DNA of 64,000 nucleotides from Epiperipatus broadwayi (GCA_028023455.1 JAQFVV010000007.1:11284001-11348000); one strand, 5' to 3'; shown: positions 12,500 to 24,460, counted from the stretch's first letter. Translations and numbers: made by a program. Notes: generated by a model from the sequence alone, not told the origin.

Positions 12500-14399
12500 T
12501 CCTGACAGAGATATTTTAAGTGCTGGCTCTGGCTAAGCATTTATCATAAAGCATGTAGAGGAATTGGCAATCCTCATTGTTTACCACAGGAAGATGTTTC
12601 TCAATAGCTGTTGAGAGTTTACGTAGGTTATGAAACACAAGGTACTAAGGGGTGACTCCCTGGGGTATTGATAGATGTGGTTTAAACCCTGGGGCCAAAG
12701 AGCCATCACATATTGATCTATTTAGCAGCAGATTTGCTATGATTCTGATGTAAACTTTGGGTACCTCATAGCACTCCAAAATTAAGAATAATTTTGCAGG
12801 CACCACAGAGTCAAATGCTGGTGCAAAGTTCACCTGCACCACAATAGTTCCTTATGCCTTTTTAGTTATTATATACTCCAACAATAATGCAAATTTCCTT
12901 ACTGCCTCAATGGTGGATGATCCCTTGCAGGCAAATTGGTGTAAGGAAATTTTACTGAGCAGCTGCTGTTGGATCTTATCCTTAACAAATGATTCGTTGA
13001 TTTTTTTTTAATAATGGAGTTATCAGTATTTTACATTAGTTAATGGAGATGGGTTCAATGCCTTTTTGAGAAAAGGTACAAGTGCAATAGGATACAGGTT
13101 GGGAATGATCTAAAATTCCCCAGCCAGAACACCAATGACTTGATGGATTATTTTAACTGTGAAATTACTCAGGTGTAACAGGACAAATCATGGTATCCTG
13201 TGAAGTCCCAGATGTACATGTTCTGGATAAGACCTCAGCTGATGGAGAATTTGCTGCTCAGTAATGGCATGATCTTGTGACACTGGGTCACCTTGCCAAA
13301 CATTTCCAATTTCATAACTGGAATTTTGCAATTTCTTCCTGAAGTGATCATCTATTTTTTTCAACATAGTGTTTCCTATGTAGTTACAATTATCTATGGA
13401 CAGCATTGAGGTGTGGGTCTTCTCCAACGACCAATGGCCCACCTCAGGTAGCTTTACAGCCAGTTGTTCTTTGTGGGTAAATAGATCTTGGCTCTTTTTA
13501 CTGCAATATAATTTGCAAGCACCTTCTGTTTGTCTTTGTATTGCTTTTTGAGGCTAAGGATCTTTTCCACCCTGGACTCCATTGTTGTTAGCTCACTGAC
13601 TCTTTCTGCTATGTTATCCAGCTCCTTTAACAGTCTTGTGGGCCCCTTGGTTCTCCTACTGAAGGTGTTGATCGAAGAACTTAAGATTCTCACAAATGGT
13701 GACCATGACAGCAAAGGATCCAAGGAAATGAGCTGGATCTTGTGGAAGAGGATATATGCCTCAGAGAATATCCATTCAGGTGTATTTTCTTTATTTAACA
13801 TTCTGATTGTTTCCATGTTGAACATGGGAGTCCATGATAGAAGGTCTACATTTAGAAAAATTAACATGGCTAAATGATCAGAATAAGATACTAATTGTAG
13901 TTCAGCTTGTAAATCATGATAAATTTCACCACTGTAATAGAGTAAATTAATTAGAGTTCTGTGCAGCCATGTGTAGAAGGAAAAAAACAATTTGTGGTAA
14001 GCATCCTTGACCACACAACAGCACCCTATTAATAATATGCAGATATCTTCAATTAAATTGATGATAGCTAATGTTAAAGTCCCCAAATAATATTATTGGC
14101 AACACTGATGAGACCAAGACTGAGTTAATCCTATTAATTGTGTATTCAACCAATCTGGGGCCCTTTTGAAGGTATGTATATATAAGAGTCACTAATACAT
14201 TTGTAATTGTAATTTTAATTATTAATAGAACTTGACTAAGATATAAAGTTCTGCATCTGTCTAATTTAAAGTTCTTGAGGCTGCATTGGATGGATGATAT
14301 ATTAGGACCTCAGATTGGCTAAGAGTTTGGCCAATTCTTGCATTGGACTGCCAGTGAAGTTTTGTTTCACTCAGGCAGACTATGTCCAGATCACTGTTG

Positions 14400-16972
14400 T
14401 CTATCCATCTTTTGAGAGCATAAACACTTTGCATGGAGTTTAGCCCTCTAACATTTACTTCCCCCGATTTTGATGAGCTATTAACTGATGTTGCTATATT
14501 GGGAGATGAAGTTGTGGTGCTTCCATGTTATATTTAACCTGACCATCTTATAGCTTTCCCAAATCCAACAGAGTAATGTTAGACTCATCCCCAGACACAT
14601 TATCCAGAGGAATGTTTCTTTCAATTGTCTGCTGCTGTTGATTTGTTCAACACTTACCCTTCCTGTATTTTTACACATCTGCTCCTTGACATTTTCAGAG
14701 CTAGTATCTGTACCTTCTGAATCTTAATAAGATTGCTTTATGGTTGCCTCACTATTTTCTTCTGTTTTCTTTATTTTTGTCTTCTTTGATATTCTCTTGG
14801 TTGGTTTTAATCTTGGACTTTTGGGCCTCATTGTTTTATTGCTATCACAGTCATCATCAGAACGAGTTTCAGAAGTCGAAGTTGAGTCAGCCTCTGGTTG
14901 TGAATTTGAAGAGTTTTGTAATTTCCTCTTGTTTGCTGTTAGGATCAATGTTTACTCTCAGTGACAAAATAAGAATCTTCTAAATCAGTTCCCCAGTTAT
15001 AGGCAGCTTGTCACTCACCTTACGTGCATTAGATTTTGCTTTTTCATTTAACATCTCAATAGTATGTGCTGTCACAATTTCAACCTCCATTTCAATTAAG
15101 CTTACTTCTTCATGATTTTCTAGCATGTCTTGCACACTTGCAGAGGTTATTTGTTGTTGATCTACGATTTCTTTATTCACCTTAGCAGAATCTTGAGTTA
15201 GTTTGGTATTTTTGGAATTTTTCCCGCATCTGTGAAATCTGATGTTCCTAATACCACAACTTTGACATTTTTTAGTTGGGCACAACCCTGTGAGATGTGT
15301 TCTGTCCCCACAGATGAAGCTTTGTGGTTGAACACCATGTATGGACAGGAACAAGGGGCAATTTATTTCCTCTAATACTGATGGAAGATTGTTGAATGAT
15401 ACTTCTCTTAGTTTTAGAGAGAAGGTTGCTGTATTTGATGGGAGTTTCAGCCCAAACCTTTTTTTGGAAAGATACTTAAATGCTGTGATAACACCATAGT
15501 CTTGTAATAGTTTTTGAAGATCAGTACCATTAAAATTTCTATAACAATTTCTGATAACTCCATGTGCAACTTTGGGCCTTGACATTTGTATTTTTATGAG
15601 GAACCTATTGTGCAACACATTTTGATTTCATCTGAATATTTAATTCTGCAAAATATTCATGAATTCTACGATGAAGTACCTCCAATTGAGATGGTGGAAG
15701 ATTTTTTTGATTGAGTCACCTAGATTTTGACTTTTGATTAGTAAAGAAAATTCATTAGTGGGAAATTGAAAGAGATTGCGATGTTCATTTGTTGTTGTCA
15801 ATATCAATGTAGAATTGATGTCATAATTTCTGAAGGAATTGAATAGCAAGGGAGGTATCCTGTCATTGAACTCGTTGCTAACTTTCTCATAAAGTTCTTA
15901 GTTCACATTGGTGCTAATACCTTCTACATTTTTGCCGAACAATTTATTATTTCATCAACCTCTTTATCAACTAGTTCCAACCCACTCATGTTATCTTCTG
16001 TGATCTGATCAGCATCAACATTTCTTCTTCTATTTTCTCTTTGACTTTGTGCATTTAAATCATTTTGATTTTTATTATTACTATTGGTTTTTAGCTTTTG
16101 AGCATAAGAAACATTATGTTCTATTGCATTCCTATTTAGTTTTCCTTTGTTTGTAATATTGGTGGTTTGATTAAGACTGGGGAAATGAATTTCAGTTTTT
16201 AAATTATTATTATTAATAATTTGACTTTGATTTTTTAAAACATCATCACAATATGAATTTTTTAAAATTTTTTAATTTTTCGCTGGTGTATTTTTTGCAA
16301 TGCCACTTCCTTGAAATAATTTTGAAGATATTCCCTTTACATAGGAAGCTTTATTTAAGTCTTTTGCATCTAAATTTGTCCTTGAAAGCATGTTTTTAGG
16401 ATAATTCCCGTGGTTGAGAGGTCAGCATGACTGCCTTGCACTTGCAGGCAGTTGCCCGGTTTGCGGGTTTGCGTCCCGGCCGATGCTATGACACTTAAAA
16501 AAAAAACAAGCTTAAACTCATCATATTCGGGCACTTTCGGTTTAGCACCTTCTATATCATCAATTTTTTTTTTTTTTTGTGTTGTAACCACTAGCGATCT
16601 ATTTTCGCTTATAATTGGTTCAAATTTTGATGAATTTTCCTGAATTTTTGATAATTCCAAATCACTATTTATTATTGAAATATCATTTTGTTTGTGCATT
16701 GAAATAACTTTTTGATTCCTAGTTTTCATATTCCTTTGCAACTCTATCATGACATTAGGCTGATGTTGATTATTATCTAAAGATTTATCAATGAAACTTT
16801 TTTATTTTTTACTCTGAAAGTTTTTTTGAGATAATACATTTTTTTCATTTGCATTTTTTGTAAACTTAGGTAACTTTGAAGGACTATTAATCTTCTTAAT
16901 TCCTATCTTCTTGCCTCTTAAGCTCATATTCTGTTTATCTCCATTAGCATTAGAATTTTTACCAGCATCCAT
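14400..16972 (-). pseudogene. ORF1 (gag-like nucleic-acid-binding protein) of the L1/Tx1 element
   Basis: Starts MDAGKNSNANG at 16972 and runs through several stops via ORFs 16370-16750, 15640-15849 and 14980-15618 to HGVQPQSFICGDRTHLTGLCPTKKCQSCGIRNIRFHRC (GQP + CX2CX4HX4C-type knuckles), then an acidic/basic low-complexity tail. The 3' boundary is approximate. Confidence 0.8.
16398..16506 (+). mobile_element. Short tRNA-derived SINE-like insertion in ORF1 of the L1/Tx1 element
   Basis: GC/CpG-rich island in an AT-rich ORF. A-box-like TGGTTGAGAGG (16411-16421), T-arm-like cggg-TTTGCGT-cccg (B box), hairpin gactgcc/ggcagtt, A10 tail at 16497-16506. Confidence 0.65.
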
Positions 16973-17379
16973 ATTGGATTCAGCTGTCAGTAATTTCAGT
17001 TTTAAATTTTGCTTTGCACACCTTTAATTATTTAAAGTAATTGATTTAATACTGTGGTATTTTAAAGCCAAGGTACTTATCTCTTTGTTTGATACAAAAA
17101 AACGATCCTATAAGTAAGTTATTTTGAGTTTAGGAATATGATATATACTGCAGTTGTACTATACACTTCGGTTTACAAATATTAAACTATTGGCACAGAT
17201 AATTTTGATATTAAATTAGTCCTTTATTAAACTAGGGATTACCTTTAGCCCTGATATAAATGTTAAATATCATTTAAAGATTAATGTATTTGGTTCTTAA
17301 CTGAACATAAATACATGATCCAATCCATTATTTTTTTAATGTGTAATAACCTTATGGGATGTAATTACAATATCAATTC

Positions 17380-17700
17380 TACCAAACAATCTTGATTCAT
17401 ATGAACAAATTCAGAAAAGATAAATGACTCCAAGATGCATTTCATGTAGAAAAAGCTCTCATCAGTTGGTTCAGGTCATAATCTCTTAATATACCACCAT
17501 GATTTGTTCTATAGATATTAAAGCAAAATATTTGATTTACAAGTATCAAACATACATAAATCAAATTATAATAATTTTCTATCTATAAATACTGAACAAA
17601 TGATGAAGTCGTATGTAAGAGATTGTGATCTGGGGCAACTGATGCATGTCAGTTCAGCATGAAATGCACAACTTGGCTATTTATCTTTTTTACACATCTT
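17380..17700. mobile_element. Family E hammerhead element, head-to-head pair
   Basis: Minus: ccaa-CTGATGA(17459-17465)-...-GAAA-TGCA-TC^ttgg (17430-17469). Plus: caa-CTGATGC(17639)-...-agcat-GAAA-tgcacaac-ttgg (to 17676). Stem II is decayed. Confidence 0.6.
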
Positions 17701-18613
17701 TGTTCATGTTCATTTGAAATGTATCTAAAAATGTATATGGAAAGATATGTTTATGTATATCTAAAAGAGTGTAAATGCTGTTAAATTGTAACATGTGGTA
17801 CACATGTTTTACTAATGCATCCAGAGTAAGGGAGATTGGTATGACTTCTTATGTTGATGGTTGGTTGTGATTTTATAGAGCTAAATTGAAAGAAGGACTG
17901 ATATAAATAAAACAAAAACTTTCAAAACATATAATTAGAATCTTGCTGTATTAGTTTCATTAGACGTATTTATAAATATAGCTAAATCCATGTTAAATGT
18001 CTTATAAGTGACATATTTTTAACTTTCCTAAAGTAGGAAAAAATATAACATTAAAACAATAGTAAAATAAACGTATACTAACAATCATTTTATCTATCAC
18101 AAAAAGACCTTCTCATATGAAAATAAATTAAACTTAACTGTGGTTATGAGAAAATTTTAGTATAAGTTTGTAATTTTACTTGCGTTTTAATATTTTATGA
18201 ATTTCTATATTATTTATTAGTAATAAAATAGCATTATGTAATATTTAATTTTTAACTAACTTGTATATTAAAAGGTGTAAAATGTGTTTTAGATATTGTC
18301 TTTCAGTGAAAAAATTAACTTGAAGCAAACTAAAAAAATATACAGTAGTATACAATCATGATCAAATATATTATTTAATAAAAACATGTTCATAGGCCAG
18401 TTTTTAATAATAATGGTAATAATAAAATCAGTAATTTGAGAGATCATATCATGCTCAGTGTTCAAATAGTGAGATCAGTATAGAACTTTCATTCAACTGT
18501 AATAAAATTGTTATTTTTTGGTCAGCAAAGAACCAACCTAAAAAACTTTTAGCTTTAAGACTTCTACATTATCACTTTATTAAACAACTACCAGAAAAAT
18601 ATTTTCTTTAGAC

Positions 18614-18793
18614 CAGTGGCTCTCAACATTCCTAATGCCACAACCCTTTAATACAGTTCCTTATGCTGTGGTGAGCCCCAACCTATAATTTTGGCTACTG
18701 TTAACAATAAGTGTTTTCCAATGATTTGGCAACCCCTGTGAAAGGGTTGTTTGAGCCCCACAGGGATCATGACCCACAGGTTGAGAACCACTG
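18614..18793. mobile_element. hAT-Charlie MITE closely resembling SPIN (Space Invader) / rodent URR1 non-autonomous elements
   Basis: TIRs CAGTGGCTCTCAAC / GTTGAGAACCACTG; 8-bp TSD ctttagac/atctagac (NTCTAGAN-type). Internal ttcctaatgc..caaccctttaatacagttcct.atg.tgtggtga.ccccaacc and cccctgtgaaagggt match the SPIN_NA/URR1 consensus as I recall it, with CpG decay. Confidence 0.85.
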
Positions 18794-19489
18794 ATCTAGA
18801 CCATTGTAGATCTAGATTTCTTTTAGATTTGTATAAAGCGAACAATAGGCTATTAGCTGTTTGTTAATCAAATTAGCCAACTATGATTAATAGGAAAATC
18901 ACCTTTATAAAATAGATATTAAATACTTTGTAACAAATTTATACGTGAAGTATATTTGTAAAAAAAATACTTCCTTACTTTGTCTCATAGTATTTTAATT
19001 TGTATTCTCTTTTTTCAATTGATCTACTTTTAAAACTTTTACTTAACTTAGAAATTCCGTTTGTTTGCTTGTTTATTTGGATCAAATCTTCTAAACAATT
19101 TTTAGCATACTACTATTGAATGTATATCTTTCAGATTTTATACGTATTAGGTCTGGATGACATAAAATATTTCAGGGTTATCCATTTGGTGGTCCAACCA
19201 AACAATACTAGTTGGCTGAATTTTTAACACACTGATATTAGTTCATTAAGCTTTCTCTAATGTCCACTAGATGGAAATATATTTTTTAAAAATACAGTTT
19301 CATTGAATTTAATGACTAATTCACTAAAAAACCTTTACAGTTCATTAAAACAGAAAAAGAAATGAAGAATAAAATCTCAATCTGTTTTGATTCTTTAACA
19401 AAATTTTGTTTTTTTACAAAAGACTGCTTTCATAAACAAAAACATCTTATAAACGATTTTATTTTAAATACTAGAAATATCCAATATTC

Positions 19490-20637
19490 TCTGCAAAAAT
19501 TGTACTGATTTTAACCAACCAAAAGAACAGGCTGGATTTAAAAGTGGTTTTACTATAGTGGATCATATATATTGAGAAAAGTTATAGAAAGGAGCAATGA
19601 ATATGAATTGCCATTATGCTTTGGATTGTAGTTTATAAAAAGGCATTTGATTTTATAAGCATTTCTTCAGTGATTAAAGCATTGAGTCATCAGGGTATTG
19701 ATCCAGGATATTGTCATATTCTGAAGAATATTTATAAAAATGCAACAGCAACAATTAGTTTACATAATGATACTAGGAAGATTAACATTGAGAAGGTTGT
19801 AAGATAAGGTGATTCCATATCTCCAAAACTTTTTACAGTAGTGCTGCAAGAACTATTTCGTGGATTAAAATGGAAGGTAAAGGAGTAAATGGAGATTATG
19901 TCATTTAGATTTTGCAGATGATGTAGTTGTTTTTGCAAATAATTATTCTGAGTTTCAGAAAATGTTGCAGGAGTTATCAGATGAAAATAAAAAAGTAGGA
20001 CTAATGGTAAATGTTAAAAAGTCTAAAGTAATGTTAAATGGATTTTCTCAAAAGATGAAAATAAAGTTCGATTATGATGAGTTACAAGAAGTTAACAACT
20101 ACAAATACCTTGTTTAGATTATTACTACAGATGGAAACATAATGTATAGAATTAATCATAGAATTAAACTAGGATGAAGTGCTTTTGGTAGAAATAACTT
20201 AATTCTAAAAGGAAATATGCCAACATGTTCAAAAAGGAATGTTTTTATTAAATGTGTTTTACCTGTTTTTACTTATGGATTTGAGACTTGGACACTTAAT
20301 AGAAAAACAATGCAAAGAGTAGGAGTAACAAGAAAATATTGAAAATGCAATGCATGGGTGAGGTGTTTCTGACACCATTGAAAGAACAAAAGAATGAAAT
20401 GGAATTGGGATGAACATATTTCTATAAGATATGACAATAAATGGGCAATTGAAAATGTAAACTGGATTGCAAAAGATTATAAAAGACCCAGAAAGAGACC
20501 ACATGTAAAATAGATGGATGAAATAAGAAAATGTGCAGGAATGATGTGGAGGCAAGAGGCTAGCGATCAGAGAAGATGGATTGAAGTTGGAAAGACCTTC
20601 ATCCTGCAATGGATTGATGATGGTTGATGTTGATGAC
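19490..20637 (+). mobile_element. 5'-truncated RTE-clade LINE (RT and 3' end)
   Basis: QPKEQAGFKSGFTIVDHI, VVYKKAFDFI, VR*GDSISPKLF, RFADDVV, YKYL, and a (GAT)-rich tail at about 20615-20637. Confidence 0.93.
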
Positions 20638-22361
20638 TGGAAATTTGGTGACATTGTTTACCTTCTTAGTTTTTAAATTGGAAGATGAAGGACTTGCAAA
20701 ATATCCAAGACAAAAAATAAAATAATATGAATAAAAACTATTATATAAAAATCATGTTCTTTAATTTTAGGACTAGTGCACTAAAAGCTCAAAAATAATT
20801 GTTTTCTTTAAACACTCCTCAAATTAAATAAAATATTTTAAAATTATTTTTTATTTATTATATTATAATGATAGAAAGATCATCAAATGGATTTACTGCC
20901 TTGGGAGTTCATACTAGATTTGAGTAATAGAAGAGCCAGAACTGGAATTGATCTGTGAATATTAATTCCAGGCTAATCATGGGATTAAACCATGATGGTC
21001 ATTATAATGACATAATTGTTAAACTAAATATTAGGTTTAGACTTTATCAAGACAGGACTCTGGTATATAGGAAGAAAAATATATATTTCTCATAAACATC
21101 AAAAAATAACAGCAAATTATATAATTCAAATAGTTTGGTGGATTAATTAAATAATGAAATTGTTGCTTGGTATATATGAGGGGGTAACCAAAATAACCAG
21201 ATTTTTGTAATAAAAATGTGTACTGTATTTATTTTTAGATGTTATGACTTGAATCCCTTTAAAAGTATTGTTCATTTAATGCAATGCAACAATCTAATTG
21301 TGTTTTTCACTTTTTGAAGTAGTCCAGAAACTCTCACAAAGAGTTGCTATTTATAGCCTCTGTCATATTTTTCTTAACCATTTCTAAGTCTCCCAAAATT
21401 AGCATTTTTTTTATTCCAGAGAATAAAAAGAAGTCACATGAAGGGGATTGAGTAAATATGTCTGCTGGATAAGTTATATCATGCTAAATTTAATTAAAAA
21501 CAGATTCACACTCAAGGTTTTGTGTGCTATCATGTTGTTTTGGTGAAGATTGTACTCCACATATTGCCACTGCAATAATTAAAAGTTTAAAAACTTGTAG
21601 GATTTACATGCATGATCATTATCAACAAATTCTGAGTGAACAATGCTATTTGCATACAAAATGGAAAAAAAAACCCAGCATCATATTACCATTGGATTTT
21701 ACTTATGCATTTTTGGAACGTGGTAAATTTGACACTTATTAAACCAGTTTTAAATTTGTTTTTTTTTTCCTGAACAATTTACATCTAAACTGTTTCAAGC
21801 ATTACACCTGTTTTCTTTGCCATTTTTCCTAACAGAACACATGGTTTCATCATTTTAGCCATAACAGATATTGACAAATATGCAAAAATGCTATGGGGAA
21901 CCATGATTTTACATGATAATATCATTTGGCAGATTGATACAGAAGATTCCCTGCAAGGGGTATTTAGAAGAAAAATCATGTAGTACAACAGAAGTGGCTA
22001 CCAGAAAATGACTCTGCTCATTTTAATATCTTCTCATGTATTTATATTCTATTTTGTACTGATATCACTAATCTTCTATTCCACATAAATATAAGTTACA
22101 TCTCTAAATTATAATTGAAAGTATTATCAGTTCATTTAAACTTTTTCCTTTCCCTGTGTAGAGTTGTTTTCTATAGTAGAGTAGTGGTCATTATGCTGAA
22201 GATTTCTAATTTACATTTCAACTATGTTCAGTAAAAAAAAAAAAAAAAGGTCATATGATTAGAAATTAAGTGGATAGCATGATATTTGAAAGTATTTATT
22301 TATGTATTATTATTGAATACCCACATATGTAGGCATGATAAATATTTTATACATATTTATA

Positions 22362-22560
22362 TATAATATTTGAAACACTCCATAACTATATTCTTTCAGC
22401 CCCCCCCCCCCTTTAAATAAAGAAAAGCTTAAATTTACCTACCCATTGACCCATTGAAAGAGAATTTCCTTTTCAATGGGCTGCAAAACTTAAGCTTTTC
22501 TTTATTTAAAAGGTAAGGGGGCTGAAAAAATATAGTTATGAGGCATTTCAAATATTTTAT
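22362..22560. repeat. Fold-back (palindromic) MITE-like element
   Basis: About 80-bp arms (ataactatatt.tttcagcccc..ctttaaataaagaaaagcttaa / ttaagcttttctttatttaaaagg..ggggctgaaaaaatatagttat) enclosing an inner hairpin cccattgaaa/tttcaatggg. Confidence 0.75.
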
Positions 22561-23245
22561 ATAGATTTTAACTAGCATTATACATTTTTCTATGTTGGTT
22601 TATGTACTAGAGATATGACCCTCTGTTGCATTCGTACCTAAGTTCTAGGACTGCCTTTGATCATCCGCATCCTTTTAGCAGAGTTTATTTAAATATATTT
22701 ATTTCTAACACTATTTTCCATACAATATATATGTATTTTTCAAATTCCAATAGAATTACATTAAAATTGGATAGAATTAGAAATGTATGTGATCAAAGAC
22801 AAGTATATAGGAATTAAAATTCCCCCGATTTAACACATTACATAAACTGTTACTTATGTTTGTTTTTGCAAAACTTCTTAGAGCAGACATATATATCTCA
22901 TTTTTATTTTTAAAAGCAGATTATTTATTGCCAAAAAAAAAAAGATTGAAAGAATACAATAACAAAGAGTTTATTATCAATACTTTCAAATAATTTTTTT
23001 CCAAAAGACAAAACAAAGATTTAAATAACATAAACCATTCTCATTTTCAACCATGATCTAACATGTTACATAAAATCATCACTTAATTTGAAGAATTTTT
23101 TAAAAAAAAAAACTCTATAATTTATAAATATATATTTTAATATTTCGGATATATGATCACAGACTTTCACGCAACCCACCACTCACCACTCTATCTCATA
23201 TTACTGATACACTTAAACACGTATATGTCGAAAAAATAAATAATT

Positions 23246-23289
23246 ACCAATATATGTATTTCATGCTAAGCCAGCAATCATCAGTTGGT
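23246..23289 (-). ncRNA. Minimal type I hammerhead, family E
   Basis: accaa-CTGATGA(23278-23284)-t-tgct/ggctt/agca-t-GAAA-TACATA-TA^ttggt; stem I accaa/ttggt is 5 bp. Confidence 0.7.
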
Positions 23290-23949
23290 CCAGATTATCA
23301 TCTCTACACATATATGCAATAAGTACTCAGATATATATTAAGATAGCCAATCTTCATACTTTAATGGACAGGCTTCAATCCATTACACACTCCAACTCTT
23401 CAACCGTCCATCCAATTGAAAATCTGATGATGGAACGCTCAAAGGTCACCCCAAGGCCGAGATTCTTGTCACACCCATGCTGACCTAAAGTCAAAAATCT
23501 ATAGATTATTTACAAAATTAAATTATACTTTTTTTCATGTTAAATAAATCTACATTAAGTATTTCATAAAATACAACTTTGTTTACTTGTTTGTTTCTTT
23601 AATATATATTTATTTAAACCATTAAGCATCACATGATCACTATCATATACTAGCACATAATTGTTTATAAACAAAGCAAAACTCTTCATACAGTATTGCC
23701 ACCCTGTGCCAACCAGAGTAATCCTGCCTAATAGGATAGTGGTGGCTATGGTTGTTAAAGAGCCAAAGACACCAAAATGTGTGGGTGCTGAACTGAGTTC
23801 AGACCCATATGACTATATAATCTATTGAGCTTAGATTGAAAATATTTTTGTGTTTTTAATTTCATTCTCATAATTTTGTAGTTAAGTAGAGATAAAAGGT
23901 GGGCTGGAGGGTTGCATTAGATCCTAAGATCTAGGTGCAGTGCTCTCAG

Positions 23950-24007
23950 ATCCAAAGCTCCTCACTGATGATGGCCACAAGTCAGAAACTAGTCTGGGAT
24001 ATTGGAT
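23950..24007 (+). ncRNA. Type I hammerhead ribozyme, family B unit 1
   Basis: atccaa-agc-tcctca-CTGATGA(23965-23971)-tggc/cacaa/gtca-GAAAC-TA-GTC^tggga-ta-ttggat; predicted cleavage after 23994. Confidence 0.9.
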
Positions 24008-24402
24008 GAGTAGGCATTAGATAGGGATTTTATGCACAAGCCTGCTGGCATTCATTGATTACTCTGGTTGGCACAGGATGGCAATACTGTATGGAGAGTT
24101 TTGCTTTGTTTATAATCAATTATGTGCTAGAATAAGATAGTGATCATGTGATGCTTAATGGTTTAACACCAATCCTGCCTAATAAGATAGTAGTAGATAT
24201 GGTTGTTAAAGAGCCAAAGACACCAAAATGTATGGGTGCTGAACTGAGTTCAGACCCATATGACTATATAAGCTATTGAGCTTAGATTGAAAATATTTTT
24301 GTGTTTTGAATTTCATTCTCATATTTTTGTAGTTAAGTAGAGATAAAAGATGGGTGCTGGAGGGTTGCATTAGATCCTAAGATCTAGGTGCAGTGCTCTC
24401 AG

Positions 24403-24460
24403 ATCCAAAGCTCCTCACTGATGATGGCCACAAGTCAGAAACTAGTCTGGGATATTGGAT
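24403..24460 (+). ncRNA. Type I hammerhead ribozyme, family B unit 2
   Basis: Identical core at 24418-24447. Confidence 0.9.

Larger units (their letters stand above)
11488..12583. mobile_element. Retrozyme-like family A insertion: two head-to-head arms of an about 421-bp tandem unit, with TSD
   Basis: Left arm 11488-12056 (sense on minus; aagagtcatacatcac at 11495 and 11916) and right arm 12057-12583 (sense on plus; gaggggttcctgacag at 12071 and 12493). TSD ccccaggaaga 11477-11487 / ccacaggaaga 12584-12594. Confidence 0.92.
10240..14400 (-). pseudogene. ORF2 (APE endonuclease, reverse transcriptase, zf-RVT) of the L1/Tx1 element, split by the family A insertion
   Basis: PIILFGDFNI (about 14070-14100), SYSDHLAM, VNFAPAFDSV, SIPQGVTP, HISYVDDIIVF, YGLRINSEKS, CSLCKVADETIKHIFTACP. 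The frame is restored across 11488-12583 as LSTAIEKHLPG|VFAPVLGEEVHHISYVDD. Confidence 0.85.
9830..17100 (-). mobile_element. Near-full-length L1/Tx1-type non-LTR retrotransposon (ORF1 gag-like + ORF2 APE-RT-zinc finger), inactivated
   Basis: ORF1 zinc knuckles, APE GDFN and SDH motifs, RT motifs AFDSV, PQG, YVDD and GLRIN.EKS, C-terminal CxxC...HxxxxC, and a 3' aataataaaaaaaaaa tail at about 9830-9846. The 5' boundary is approximate. Confidence 0.88.

Noticed and set aside
14101-14130. CTGATGA within the L1/Tx1 ORF2
   Set aside because: No stem II/GAAA arrangement follows; chance match.
21500-22000. Possible Tc1/mariner (PLDF-like) or piggyBac transposase fragment
   Set aside because: Only two or three residue motif matches in inconsistent frames; not supportable without a search.
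23420-23480. CTGATGA followed by ggtc..ggcc-GAGA..GTC
   Set aside because: Spacing and GAAA do not fit a hammerhead, and there is no stem I.
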